Numbered from the stretch's first letter, positions 38,948 through 52,681 are shown. The stretch is DNA of 64,000 nt from Malacoraja senta (GCA_038087875.1 CM075990.1:13764001-13828000); one strand, 5' to 3'. Program-made: numbers and translations. The notes: generated by a model from the letters alone, not told the origin.

Positions 38948-39031
38948 GGAAATATATTTTATATATATTGTGTCTCTTCCCAATCCCCTGGAAATATATT
39001 TAATATATATTGTGTCTCTTCCCAATCCCCT
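38948..39031. repeat. 42-bp tandem duplication
   Basis: GGAAATATATTT..ATATATATTGTGTCTCTTCCCAATCCCCT twice. Confidence 0.9.
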
Positions 39032-41039
39032 CTTCCCTCCTGCTTGAAACCCACCCTTGTCAACAATCTTTTGGTGGCTAGTTCCAATATCTCATATTGT
39101 TGCTTGGTTCTGGATTTTAAAAAATGTTTATGTAAAAAAAGTGCTACATAAATCCAGTTGATTGTTGTTCAGCCTATTTCAAAGATCTATGTGAAGCTGT
39201 GGTTTTGACCAAATTGGGACAAGAATATTTGCAGTTAACTTGCTTACAAACATAACGACCAAATGCATATTTTTTCAATCCTTCTAACAGATCTGCTAAG
39301 CAAGAAATGGGAAAGAAACTAGGTGGGTTTGGAACCTTGAGATAAGAAGAGTGTCAGGTTCTCTTAAGCAAGGTTTTGTTTTGTCAGGAGTCCAGTTGCC
39401 AAGAAAGCAGTCTTCCTCATTTCCTTTTATGCCCCTCCTCCTACCAACTTCTCCTCCTTCATATTCACTGGAAAATAAATCTTCAGCAGTTTTACAGTCA
39501 TTGCTGCAAGTTCCAGCTCAGCACAACACTTACAGCAAATAAATAAAGCATCTGTGCTGCAGAGAGTTACAGATGGTTCGAGTAATGACAAACACATGGG
39601 CCGCTTTAATTTGAGCAAGGCATTTGTAGTTAGACACTGAAGTGTCTTTCTTCCCTTCCCGATGGTATTAAACACGCTTGGAGAGCAAGTGGACTGATAT
39701 GGGTAAGTTGTTGCTCACAAAAGTAGACAGAGCATGGAAGCAGGAAGGACTGTTTGGTCAGTTCGTATTCTAATGTTTTGAAAAAGTCTAGAAAAGCTAC
39801 CTCCAAGGTCTCTGGCCCTCTCTAAACAATAAGTTTGCTGTTATTGCCACAAATTACTCCGCTAACCTCAGACTTAAGATTGCAGCAACCTTTCTTGTAA
39901 GCTTAATTATGTCCTCGGGGCAGGGATGTGGAGAAGGTGGAAACCAGATGTAAAGATTAAAGGATCGAGGCACTTACAAAGGTGGGTTTTAGCAAAAATT
40001 AAGACAAAAAAAATTTGGAATAGTGTAAATGACTTCTGTTGGGAAGATAATAAAGCCCGTTTCAGAAAATGAACTTGCTACAATAAGATTTTTTTCATAT
40101 TTAAATCCATTATTGTTATTTATTTGCAAAACTTAGCTAAGAACTCAAATGTATATTTAACAGAAAGAGTGTGAATAGGAGTCAATCCTGCTTTCTCTTC
40201 GATAAGTAAAATTCTGATACTTCCAGGTTACCCCTTATTATTAACATTTCTCAAATATAATACTGATGGTGCTGTAGATTTAAATTTGTTATGATTCTGG
40301 TCTATTCCTGGCAAATATGAATTGTAAGATGTTGTTGCCTGGATGAAGATCACTATTGTGGCTTCTTGTCTCCCTCCTGCAGGAAATGTAAATAACCAAG
40401 GTCTCATTTGAGTTATATTTGAGGCATTGAAGTGAATGGGCTTAGTAACACTTCACAGATGAAATATATGCGGTCTATTAAGTTAGTCTTGTGTATTAAT
40501 CATTGCTTCAGTATACAATTTATTTGACCACCTGAAAATCTGCTCAAACCTCTGGTTTATTGTGTGATTTTTAATTTGTAACTTTAAGTAAACACTTATC
40601 TTTTATTACCTTCAACTGCAAGAAATCTGCCAATAAGAGAGATGGGAAATACTTAGGTTAGATTAGAATTAATCTGAAGTGAGTTGGTGGTTTGATTTGA
40701 GGCTATATCCACCCACTTTGCTTTTCTGTCCCCAGCCGTTTTCTTGTGAGTGGTTCCTTTGATTGTATTTTTAAACATAATTCACTGTTCTTGGTGTGGT
40801 TATTTAACAATGTTAGTTCTGTAGCCTTTAATCTGGGATGTTCTAATTCTGGATTCATTTATATTCCAGTTTTAATTGCACTGTTTTTGATAGCACACTC
40901 TTCATTTGCCTGGGTCATAAATTCTGCAATTCCCTCCCTAAATCCCTCAGCCTTTGACATGTCTGTTGCCATTTTTATGCTGTTTGAACTAAACTTTGTT
41001 TGAAAGTTTGATCGGTTATCCTAATAATTCTGTATGAAA

Positions 41040-41248
41040 GATGCTGGTTTACACTGAAGATAGACACAAAATGCTGGAGTAACTCAGCGGATAAGGCAGC
41101 ATCTCTGGAGAAAAGGAATAGGTGACGTTTCGGGTCGAGACCCTTCAGACTAAGTGATGAAGGGTCTCGACCTGAAACGTCTTCTATTCCTTTTCTTCAG
41201 AGATGCTGCCTGACCCGCTGAGTTACTCCAGCATTTTGTGTCTATCCT
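41040..41248. mobile_element. Inverted pair of Penelope-derived repeats (~90-bp arms)
   Basis: Near-perfect fold-back centred at ~41152. Confidence 0.8.
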
Positions 41249-42049
41249 CATAGTTTATTGTTTGTGGCAGTGGCAGTGTTATTTGATGGTGTTCCTGTGG
41301 GTGCACTGTGACATTTTACTACATTAAAGATAAGTTGTCATGTTTAGTTTGTGGTTCCTGTTGTTCAAAACCTTGCTTTGAATTCTGATAGAGCACAAAG
41401 ATCTTTATTTCCAGTGCAGCAGCAATTCCATTTTAAGATTTGTATTAACTTGGACTCCACCCAAAGGAAGTGTATGTCAGCTACCGAACAATCTACTTGT
41501 TTTCTTTAATTAAAAAAACAAAACGTATGCACTGCTGCATTTTACAAGCTGTGCTCTTAGGTATTCCCTATGCCATTTGATGCGATTAGTTAATGTATTA
41601 CTTACCTTAGTTGTAAAGAGATCATATTGGACTCAAAAGGTACCTTTTTGGGTGTACTTTTAAATGTCAACATAATCATCGAACATTACATGAAAATGGA
41701 GGTCATTTAGATCTTGGGAGCATTGTAGTACTAATTCCACCATACAAAGCACAAAATCCCTGAAATATTCAGCAGGTTATGGAGTGAGGTACAGTTAATA
41801 TTTCAGATGGAAAAAAATTGAAAACAAACAAGTATTAAGTTGCAAAGAAGGAAAAGGGTGCAATGAACAAAAGGGGAAGTTGGTGAGAAGGCGGTGACCA
41901 CGAGAAACGGAATGACCCAAAAAACGATGCTACCAGTTGAAAACTATGATGACAATAAGTCGGGGGTGTTTATAAAAAGAGTTTAACAAAAACTCAGAAA
42001 TTGCTGTAAATCTGAAAGAAAAAGAGAATATGCAAGTCAGTAATCTGTG

Positions 42050-42600
42050 GAAAGATTGGGTAATTGCTTTGCAGAGCACCTGTATTCAGTCCACAGGAGT
42101 GACCCTGATCTTCAGGTTTCTTGCCACTTTAATTCATTGTCCCACCTACACTCGGACCTTTCTGCAGTATTACATCGAGACCCGACACACTCTTAAGGAA
42201 CAACAGCTCTTCTTCTGTCTGGATACTTTGCAGGATTTGGTGTTGAATTAGCCAACTGTGGATAACTCTTTCCTTATGTTTGTATCAGAGCTGGCCATTT
42301 CTACTTGCTGTCATTTAGGCACATTTTTATCTTATAATCTATGCTGCTGATTACATCCCACAGTTTAAGAAGCTAAATGTGGTATTAACTGCCATATGAG
42401 GTCAAGAGGCTCACCCTATTAGAGATGTTCCTTTGGTTCCAACTATAACCCTCCTCCACCTTCTCTGAGACCTAAAACTTCCCTTTTTTTCTCTCTCTTT
42501 CTCACTTCGGAGAAAAGTTCTGGACCTGAAAGCTTCTCTTTACTTTCTGTAGATGCTGCCCGACCTGCTGAGTATTTCGGGCATTTGGGTTTTGTAAAAC
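42050..42600 (+). mobile_element. Penelope-like element relic: GIY-YIG C-terminus plus terminal repeat
   Basis: Reads EHLYSVHRSDPDLQVSCHFNSLSHLHSDLS then ETRHTLKEQQLFFCLDTLQ, followed by gatgctgcccgacctgctgagta. Confidence 0.7.
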
Positions 42601-44650
42601 AGGGAAGGGAATAAAACTATAGGGGATATGAGATACTGAGCTGGACTGACTTTATGCAATCTTTCCCTACATCAAATGTTTAGTCCAGTCTTCTGATGAA
42701 GGCGGCTGTGCAAACATGTGTTAGCCATGTTGCAGATCCGTGGCTTAGTTTAGTTTAATATCCGAAAATCTTGGCGAAAACCCACCCATGGCTTGGATGA
42801 GTTATTTCGGGTTTGCTGTCTTGGGTTTTAGAGTAAGCATGTTGAAACCAAATGTGTTTGTAAGAACTTCATGGAATAGTTAGCCGTTCTTGAATAATGG
42901 AAACTTTGAACAACAGCTCCTGAGAGACAAGAATTCGGTGACGAGGAGCAGGAAGTTAGGATGATGAAATTTTGAATAGTGGAAATATTTCTTATGAAGA
43001 TTCCAGTTTATTTAAATGTTATATGTTACATCCATATGTTCACATTCTTACCAAGCACTTAAAAACATTTCAGGACATTGCTTTTTTTTTTAATATAACT
43101 GTATTCCCTGCAAAAATTGGTGTAGTTCCATTGCAATTCATCCACTTGCAATCTAATCCCAGTGATTGATAGAATTTACTCCTGACATATTTCAAGATCC
43201 CCTGTAAAATTCTACCTGCACCCTGTAAACATGCCGTGATTTCTATAAAATAGTATCTGCAATTTGGAGGATTATATTGCAATGATACAGAAAATGTTTT
43301 GTCTTACTATCCCAGACCCTCTAAAACTCTCCAATTCCACCTACCTTATTTTAGGAACTCTAGGATCTAAACCTATGAGATTTATCTTCTTGAATACATT
43401 GAGATATTCGGCAAAATGGAGGAGATGAGGTTAATGCTTTCCCTGCCTTAATGTATTATCCACATGGAAAGCTCCCTTACTGAAGGGGATTTTTTCTCCC
43501 ACTCTTTCCCCTTGCCTGGAATGAGACTAATTGGATAGAATTTCCAAAGAGCCAGAAGAAGCATGTGGTGTGCAATTGTCCCTTTTATGTTATATAATTT
43601 AAAATGTTATGTAAAGTAAACCTGTTGATTGGGTTGGATGGAGTTGTCATGAGATTAATATTGTGTTCAGGAAAAAATGAGGGAAATTTGTCTGGGACGA
43701 GTTAAGGGAAGAATATAAATGGCTGCATTCAGGACATAGTTACAACGAAAGTTTCTATGCATTTTAGAAACTAGATTCTGCTTTTTCATATCTCTATTCA
43801 AAGAAGAAATTAGAAAGAATCTTGGCATCACTTCAATTTAGATTCCCTGGTAACAAAACCTTTGAGCTAATGGTGGTACAGTTATATTAATGCTGGGAGC
43901 TATTTCTTCAGTCCTGGTCTCACAGCATTGAACAGGGTCTAGAATGTCCAGGGGACTTTTTAAGTGGTTACACACTGTCTGGACTTTTAATGGTTCGTAT
44001 TTAGTGCTGATGGACAAATGAAATAAACAGATGTAAATACAATTACTGCTGTGGACTTAAGGAACATTTTCTATTGTTCTTTAATATATTGCTTCTTTTT
44101 AGCCATCTTTCTTTCTCCGAGTGCGGGTCCTCAGATAGCAGTTCTTGAGATCATTTTATTATATAATGAGAGTCAGTGGAGGTGAGTTGTCCACTGTAGT
44201 AGACATCAAAGGCACAGGGGTGACCCAGTGTACTTGTACTATCTGCTGGTAGTATTGTATTCAATTTATTGTCATTATCTCATAAGAGACAACGAAATGG
44301 ATTTTCCTTACAGTCATGTATCATAAAAATAAATAATAAATCAATAAAAAAATAAAAAATAAAAAAGCACAAACACAGAAGTCCACGACAAAACATAACC
44401 CCACAGCGGCACCAAAGTTAAGGAAGGTACCATAGTCCAGCCAGCCTCCTCGCCGATCTTCCCAGATGTTCACCCGTAAGATGGTAGTCAGGTCACTTAA
44501 AACATAATTACCTCAAGCTTTTTTTGAATTGCAACGTGGAACTTGATAGCTATCGTCTGGCTTCTGCTGAGAAGTCCAACTGGTTGCTTACGCTTGCTAG
44601 AGCCTAAGAAAAGAAAATGATCAAAATATTCTTTTTAAATCATAAATTTT

Positions 44651-44730
44651 GGAGGCCTTGAATTATATGGAAAATATGTGGTAAATGCATAGGAGGCCTT
44701 GAATTATATGGAAAATACGTGGTAAATGCA
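44651..44730. repeat. Tandem duplication with 41-bp period
   Basis: GGAGGCCTTGAATTATATGGAAAATAYGTGGTAAATGCA twice. Confidence 0.9.
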
Positions 44731-44799
44731 CAGGCCAGGCTGTGTGTTTGGGGAAAGTACCCAAGGTGGTATACGTGGTAAATGGATCTATATTTGTCA

Positions 44800-45630
44800 C
44801 TGTGCAACAAGATTCTCTACTTCCACACGGGCAGACCTCAGTCAGCTTGAATTGGCAACACTTCCGGCTCTCTGATTACCAGCACTGGGACATTTCAAAG
44901 CTGTTTACTCAGTTCCCTATTTTACTCTCCCTGTACCAATGACTTTGTTTCAATGCCATGTTTAAATTCACTGGTGATTCCACTGTTTTTGGATGAATAG
45001 CAGGTAATGAAGAGTCAGGGTACAGGAGGAAGATTAATAATCTGATTGAATGGTGCTAGAACAACAATCTTGCTCTGAGCGTTAGCAAGACCAAGGAGCT
45101 GATTATTGACTACAGGAAGGGAAAGCCAAGGGTCAACATTCTTTATCAGCAGGATAGAAGCGGTGAGAGTCAACAGCTTCAGGATCCTGGGTATACACAT
45201 CTCTGGTGATCCGTTATGGGCCCAGCACATTGATGTAACCACAAACAAAGCTCATCAACACCTGTATTTCCTCATGAATTTGAGGAGATTTGGCATGTAC
45301 TGTATTAAACTTCGACAGATGTACCGTGGGGAGGATATTGACTGTTTGCATCGTGGCCTGGTTTGGTAACTCGGACGTCAAGAATGAAGTGGGCTGTAGA
45401 GAGTGGTGGACTTTGCCTTGGCGATCATGGTATTGACATCCCCACCATCTAAAGGATCTACAGGAAGCATTGCCTCAAGAAGGCAGCTAATATCACCAAA
45501 GCCCTGTAACACTCTGGCCATGCTCTAACCTTGCTGCTACCATCGGGGAAAAAGGTACAGAAGGGTGAGAACTGTTACCTCCAGGTTCAAGAATGTCATC
45601 TTCCCATTAAATATTGGGCTCTTGAACTTG
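44800..45630 (+). mobile_element. Degenerate Rex1/Babar-type LINE; its 3' UTR resumes at ~46280..46470
   Basis: ORF 45106..45369: VNSFRILGIHISGDPLW...KAHQHLYFL, paralogous to the 53088 element. Confidence 0.8.
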
Positions 45631-45644
45631 CAAAAGCCTGACAG

Positions 45645-46275
45645 ATATAGATAGATATACCTTTAATAATCCTTTACAGGAAATTACAGTGCCACGACAG
45701 CTTCAAGACAGACATAACACCACACATTTCCTCAAATAGCTTCCATACTTAACAAGTTAAAATACAAGTTAAAATACAAGTTAAAATACAAGTTAAAATA
45801 CAATTAATGAAAAAAAAAAAAAAAGTGCAGTTATTTATGCGCATTATATAACCTTATAGCAGCTGGTAAACAGGACTTCCTATGTCTCTCAGTTTTGCAC
45901 ATTGGTGCAATCAGTCTCTGACTGAAGATGCTGCTCTTGATCACCTTCAGGGCATGGAGTGGGTGAGTGGGGTTGGTCATTATTGAACCCAGTTTGTTCA
46001 GAGTTCTGGCCTCTGCCACCTGCTGGACCATTCGTTGCTCAGCCCCGACCACTGAGCCGGCCTTCCTGATCAGCTTGTCCAGTCTGTTTTTGTCCGCTAT
46101 GCGGGCGCCATCTCCCCAACAGGCCACAGCAAAAAACAGAGCACTGGCCACCACTGAATGGTAGACACTGCACAGTAGGGGTTGGCAGATGTTAAATGAC
46201 CTCAGCCTCCTTAAAAAATACAGTCGGCTTTGTCCCTTCCTGTACACCGCCTCCATATGACACTTCCAGACCAAT
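45645..46275 (-). mobile_element. Rex1-like LINE 3' end nested in the previous element
   Basis: ORF 45831..46310: [19 protein letters not shown]...HPLH...PAAIRLYN; includes (GTTAAAATACAA)x4. Confidence 0.85.
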
Positions 46276-47394
46276 CTACTGACCACAACACAACCTCGGC
46301 ACCAAACCACTATTATAATGTGGTTACCTGGTATAACTGATAATTTAATGTATTATTGCTAATTGTATAATTATCTGTTGTGTTAATGTGCCTGTAAAGC
46401 TTCAGCAATTAAAGATTTCACTGTTTCATCCCTGTGCACATAACATTTAAATACTCTTGACTTGACTTTTGATGATCTACCTGTATAGCTCACCAAGCAA
46501 ATGTTTTTTACTGTATCTCAAAGTATATGACAATAATAAACCAATACCAGAAAAGGATAAAAAAAGGACGAGAAATGATAAGAGAGCAGTTTACCAGAAG
46601 ATAAAAAAAATATTATTCACTCCAGTAGGTTTTGAAGTATCTGGATGGAAGATAAGAAGCTTCTCCTCTAATTTGCATGAGCATTGCTATGGAAATGGAA
46701 GATACTGCAGACAGGTTGGAATAGAAATGAGATTGAGAATTAAAATGGCATGCTGATCAGTGCGAGCGCTACACAAAGCGATCACCCAATCTACTTATTT
46801 CTACTTATTTTTGGTTTTATTGATACTATTTCTGTTGTTATATATGGTGAAAATGTTTCATTCCAACAATGATTATTGTCTCTTGAAACTGGTAGTGTCT
46901 TCCAGAAGTCACAACAAGGTGCTCAAATTCCTTTATGGCCTGTCCTTCCTTATCTCGTACCCCTCCAACATACTACGAAGATCTTTACAATCCACCATTT
47001 CTGATCTATCGTGCATCTGTGATATTGATTGCTGCACCATTAGTTGTCACGTATTTATTATGGTATTCCCTCTCCAGTATCTGCTCCTTCTGCAGGCCAT
47101 ATGTTCTGAGTGTGCTAGATGGTTTGCTGTCAAAGTTTGATTTCTCTGCCATTAAGCACTTTGAGGGATTGTATGCATTAAGGGTGTTGTAGATAAATAC
47201 AAAATATTTTTACAACCATTTTATACTTTACTCATCCTTATATTCTACAAATTGAATTGTTTGTTATCTAAGTGTTATGAGTTTATGAGTTGTAAAGCTG
47301 GTTAAAGTACGCATGTTGTTTTCTGTACTTAAGGAAAAAAATGTCTTCATTTGGACTTTAACCTAATTTTATTTTTCTTTTCTGCCCTTTTCAG

Positions 47395-48132
47395 GAGAGA
47401 TTCTGAAGTCACTAATTCAAGTAGAGCTAGTAACTAAATCTGGGTAAAGTCAGCAAGTAACACCCTACGGTGATGCCAGGAGTAATTAATGGCAAAATCA
47501 AGGTTGTTTAACAAACACTGTAAAGTTCCTTTTCTTTTGGACATAATGGAATCTGGTGACCTTTATTTTCACTCAGCATTTGCTGCTTTTCAAAACCCTG
47601 GTTTGCTCTGACCTGTTTAATTAGCAGCATTAAAGTACTCAGTAGCCTGTTCTTGATCAGCAGTCATCCTTTGAGGTTTGCCTTGCCTGCATGAAACCTT
47701 TGGGCACCCAATTCACTGGAAATTGCTGCCTTCAACTTCAAGCAAATAGGCTGTAGGCTAATGCCAATAAAACAGCACTGGCGTCACTCCATAAAAAGCC
47801 TTTGGCTTCTAAAAGGGGCCTCACTGTGAATGGGCTGGAGCTGCACTTCACAGTAGAGATAAACCACAACCAGGGACCTGTTGTCTGTACTGGAGCATTG
47901 TTGAATCATCTCAATTCTAGCTGGCTCAAAGCTCAACTGCTGAGGACAAACCCTAAACCTCCATTGGACCTGCTTAGTTTGTTTTTACTAACTTGGAAGA
48001 AACCAAATTCTAAGCAGAATTGGAACCATTGGAGACAATCTGACATTTTATGCCTATAATCGCCACATGGCTACTTTGAAACTAGCTGGATTGGAATAAA
48101 CTTTAGAAGATTGCACCATAATTCTCGAAGTA
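47395..48132 (+). other. CSGALNACT2: Probable 5' UTR portion of the first coding exon of CSGALNACT2
   Basis: Branch-like CCTAAT, long pyrimidine tract and TCAG| ending at 47394; no repeats up to the ATG. A nearer acceptor (e.g. ttctag at 47920) is possible. Confidence 0.5.
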
Positions 48133-48811
48133 ATGCCTCGCCGAAGCCTACTAATCAAAGTTTGGACAAGGCGTCTGGTTCTTGGCCTCACTCTGTTTTT
48201 CAGTCTCATCTCGCTACTGTACTTGTTGGAATGCACCCCTCGGCCAGACAATGATCCCCTGCTCCTCGGCGTTCCAGGCAAACAGTACGGTAAAGAGTAC
48301 TATCAAGCTCTCCTTCAGGAGCAGGAAGAGCACTACTTAACCCGTGCCGCAAGCCTCAAGCGGCAGATCACCCAGCTGAAGCAGGAGCTGCAGGAAATGA
48401 GCGAGAAGCTGAAAAATGTCCAAGAGAAAAAGGGGCCATCTCAAACCTTGGGTGGAGCACCGAGCAGCAAGGAGAACTTGCCCAATGATCTGCTGGAGTT
48501 TCTGCACTCTCAGATTGATAAAGCTGAGGTTAGCATGGGCGCCCGGGTGCCCAGTGAGTATGCCGTGGTGCCTTTTGAAAGCTTTACTTTGAATAAAGTT
48601 TACCAGCTAGAGATGGGCCTGACGCGGCACCCTGAGGAGAAAGTGGTGAGGAAGGATCGAAGGGATGACTTTGCTGAAGCCATTGAGGCTGGCTTGGAGG
48701 TGCTGAATAACCCAGAGGAAGAGGATGCTATTGCCGAGGACAATGATGACGATGAAGAAGATGATAATCGAATGAAGAAGCATACCTACACTGAGAATGA
48801 CTTTGTGGAAG
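48133..48811 (+). CDS. CSGALNACT2: Chondroitin sulfate N-acetylgalactosaminyltransferase 2, first coding exon (signal-anchor, coiled-coil stem)
   Basis: ORF 48133..: MPRR, a transmembrane segment, GKEYYQALLQEQEEHY and VYQLEMGLTRHPEEK; donor G|gtgcag. Confidence 0.96.
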
Positions 48812-49234
48812 GTGCAGTATTAACTTTTTTATGCGAACTACATATTAGCTATACATTACACAAATAAAGCATAATCTGATTTTAACTGCCCAGTAACCCT
48901 GTAACTATCATGTTATGTAATCTTAACAGAAAAATCCCCTTTGTTGCAACCCTCTCACACCTTCTCTGATACTTGGACTAACCTATATATCTCTTTCCAA
49001 GATCTGATATCAGAGTCCTGGACCTGAAACATGAACTGTTTCCCTGTCCACAGATGCTGCCTAACCTGTAGTTTTTTCCAGCATTTTTCAGATTTCCGTA
49101 GTATGTGGTTTTATTTAGATTTTAACATGCTGTTGAGAAATAGAAAGAGGGTCTTGCATTTGAGAAGTGACATTCGTGACAGTGGATTCCAACTCTGGCC
49201 CCACCTCCCAAAACACACTTTACAACTAATTATT

Positions 49235-49590
49235 TAAGAAAGAACTGCAGATGCTGGAAAATTCAAAGGTAGACAAAAATTGAAGTGGTTTCATGGATCA
49301 GTCTGACGAAGGGTCTCGACCCGAAACGTCACCTATTTCTTCTCTCCGTAGATGCTGCCTCACCCGCTGAGTTCCTCCAGCATTTTTGTCTACTTACAAT
49401 TAGTTAAGTACTTTTGAAAATGGTCACTATTGTAATGAAGCGAAAGCTGCTTACCAATTGGACTCTCGGTAACCAATATGAGATAGACCAATTATAGACA
49501 CAAGATGCTGGAGTAACTCAGCGGTTCAGGCAGCATCTCTGGAGAGAAGGAATGGGTGATGTTTCGGGTCGAGACCCTTCTTCAGACTAG
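49235..49590. mobile_element. Cluster of Penelope-derived repeats; cores at 49303..49330 (+, intact) and 49558..49585 (-)
   Basis: CTGACGAAGGGTCTCGACCCGAAACGTC on the + strand. Confidence 0.8.
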
Positions 49591-52380
49591 TCTTTTCTGA
49601 AATAGGCTTTGAAACCACAATTTCCTGTGTGTTTCTGTGCTTGCAGAGCAAGGTAATCTTGCAAAAAAATGTATAATGATTCACTGGATATCACTTTCCC
49701 TGTTCCTTAAATAAGGGAATTGTCATGTAAAATTACAGTGTTCAAGTGCAGTATTGGAGGGAATGTTATGGACTACATGAAGTAAAACTGAGTTGGCAGT
49801 GTCAAATTTGTTTGAATGTTAGCTTGCAGCATCCATATTTATTGCATGACTTGGGCCTTGTTCTGATCAGTATTCTATACCTCAGGACACTAATCCAGAA
49901 ATGTAACCTCCAGGTTTCTGTAGCTCTCTCTTTGCCTTCCACTGTCTTCATTATTTTTGCTGTTACAGTTCATCTTTCAACCTTTCTATATACCTTTACC
50001 TTTCAAGCAACTTCCAATATTCTTAATCCAGTCTCCCACCCAAAACATCTATTATCTTAGATTGCTGCTTTCCTGTCACAACCCCACCCCATCCCACTAT
50101 CTCCCTCTGTTATGGCTTTTGTTACCATTCCTTGTAGATTCTGGTCATGGCTGTTTTCAAGTAGATTTTGAAAGTACTTGGCTTCTGGCCTTGAATCTTT
50201 TCCTCCTGCAGTACGTAGTGGCCAAATATTTGTTTTATCTAACCTTGCTATATTGGCTAACACATACCATTGGTGGCAATGTTTAATTAGTTTGATCGGT
50301 AGTTATTGTTGCCTTGTAGGCAAATTCGAGCCCTTTTTCTGCATCGTAAAATCCCTTGAGCAGCTTTATTTTGATTTAATTTTGGGGAAGGAGGAAGGTT
50401 GAACTGAGAAACTTTATCCATAGTTCTCAAGCATCTTAATTAGCCATTTTAAAATTGGACATCCGGCTGCAGTTTCTAATGTCTGAAGTACAGGCCGGAT
50501 ATTTTGCCGGAGCTGCATTTATACCTCTTAATTGCCTGTTTTCTGACCAGTGTTGAAACTTTCAGAACCCAGTGTTTGAATGAATGTGAACGAACAAATA
50601 TGCATTGATTTGGTGCATGTCCTAAAGCATTTTGTAATGAATAAAGTATTTTACATTCAAATCCAATCACTGTTGCAGTCTGGGTTTATACGATACTTAA
50701 TCTGTGCACAGCTGGATTGCACAAAAGTGGCACGATAATGATCACATCTGTTTTAGTGATGTTGATTGAGGGATAAATATTAGCTGTAGCATCAAAGTAT
50801 ATGTTGCTTTAGGTTTTACTGAGAACTAAACATTAAGGGCATGAAGCAAAAATCCATGCCTGTCCTTTAAAATCTCACTGCTCCCTGATTGCCTAAAAAT
50901 TATTTCCTAATCTAGTGCACGGTAGTTAATGAACAACCATTCATTCAAATGTGTAGTTAAATAACCCATTTGCCCACTATTGACTTAATTGACATCATGT
51001 TGTAAAAATGAAAATAACTCATTAACAAGCACTATTTGTGCTTCTGATTTACTGCTACCTTTTTCTATCTGGGAACAGGGCAAGCAGTCAGAATTGCTTG
51101 CTGCCTTTTGACATAGTCTTGCCTTTAGTTAATAGCACTCTAATCATGTATAGTCTTTCCACTGAAGAACGACACAAAATGCTGGAGTAACTCAGCGTGA
51201 CAGGTAGCATCTCCGGATACAAGGAATGGGTGACGCTTCGGATCGAGATCCTTCTGACTGGTTAGCACGCAACAAAAAGCTTTTCGCCGTACCTTGATAC
51301 ACGTCACAAAAAACCAAACTAAACTGATTTTGCCTTTCAGTCAAAAACTGTAGCTTTGAGGTTTAAGCATGTATCTGAGGTTGCAGTTCCCCTGCAGTAT
51401 CAAAGTCGTGTTCCATTTTCAGAGGCACCATCCCTTTGCTTGATCTGTTAAACAAATGTTGAAATCCTTACTGAGAGGGCAGAAACTGCCTGGAGCAATT
51501 GTTAATTTTAAGGTGCAAGAGCCACAAAAAGAGGATGGTGAACTTATGAAACAGATTGCCCAGGAAAGGAAATAACAAGTTAACCCGAGTTTACAGAGTA
51601 AACTGTCAGGGAGATAAGTGACACTGATAAGTGATTCTTGCATCAATGTCATCCATAAAGACTTATATTTATCCCTTTGTGCAACTCAAATTTCACTGCA
51701 CCAGAAATGGTGTACGTGACAATAAAAGTCCTTTGTCCTATTATTTATTACCATGACTCTTATTTGAATGTTTGATCTCAATGATAATCGCTGGTTAACC
51801 ATTTACTTGAGAGTGTACGCAGCAATATGTTGACAGACCAAGAGAGAATTAACTAGGCATTAAGTTTTGTATTTGTTATCCTCTAATCTTCAAATATGTA
51901 GGCTGCCAATAGAACACTTAGGGGTTATTTAACAAGGATTACAGAACGTGAGAAATCTCCTTTCTTTTCCAGGCAGGTCAATAGTGATCAGCTTAAGTCT
52001 CATCCATTTCAATTTTTACAGTTTCCAATTGGATTCAGTACAAAAATATATCTTCCTGGAAATCATTAAAGGGATGGGTCGACAAAAAAATGATGTTGTG
52101 TGAGATGTCGGAATCCCTTTTTCTAGTTATATTCTTGCATTTTGCAGCACCCTACCACTATTGAGCAGGTTTATAAATTTTGTCAAAAATATACGTTTTT
52201 ATATTTTGTCATTTTAAACCATGTGCAAAGAGAAGAGTTTCAGACAAGGCCACTGTAATTGCAAACGAGTATCTCAGTGTCATTCCAGCATTCATTTATT
52301 GTCCTATTTGCTCCTGTGCTGGGAATCCTTTTCCCAATCCAGCAAGCTGACCAGTATTTCATATTTCCCATGATACCTTG

Positions 52381-52681
52381 GGGTGGCACGGTGGTGCAGC
52401 AGTAGACTGCTGCCTTACAGTGCCAGAAATCCAGATTTGATCCTGACTACGGGTGCTGTCTGTACGGAATTTGTACGTTCTCCCCGTAACTGCATGGGTT
52501 TTGTCCAGGTACTCCGGTTTCGTCCCACACATTAAAGACATACAGGTTTGTAGGTTAATTGGCTTTGGTAAAAGATTGTAAATTATTCCAAGTGTGTAGA
52601 TTAGTGCTATGTATGGGGATTGCAGGTCGGTGCGGACTCGTGGGCCAAAGGCCCTGTATCTCTAAACTAAACTAAACTAAA
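52381..52681 (+). mobile_element. HE1-like SINE
   Basis: Full-length family match, (CTAAA)n tail. Confidence 0.88.

Noticed and set aside
48712-48770. Acidic run EEEDAIAEDNDDDEEDDN in CSGALNACT2
   Set aside because: An acidic, length-variable segment at this position is normal for CSGALNACT2 orthologues.
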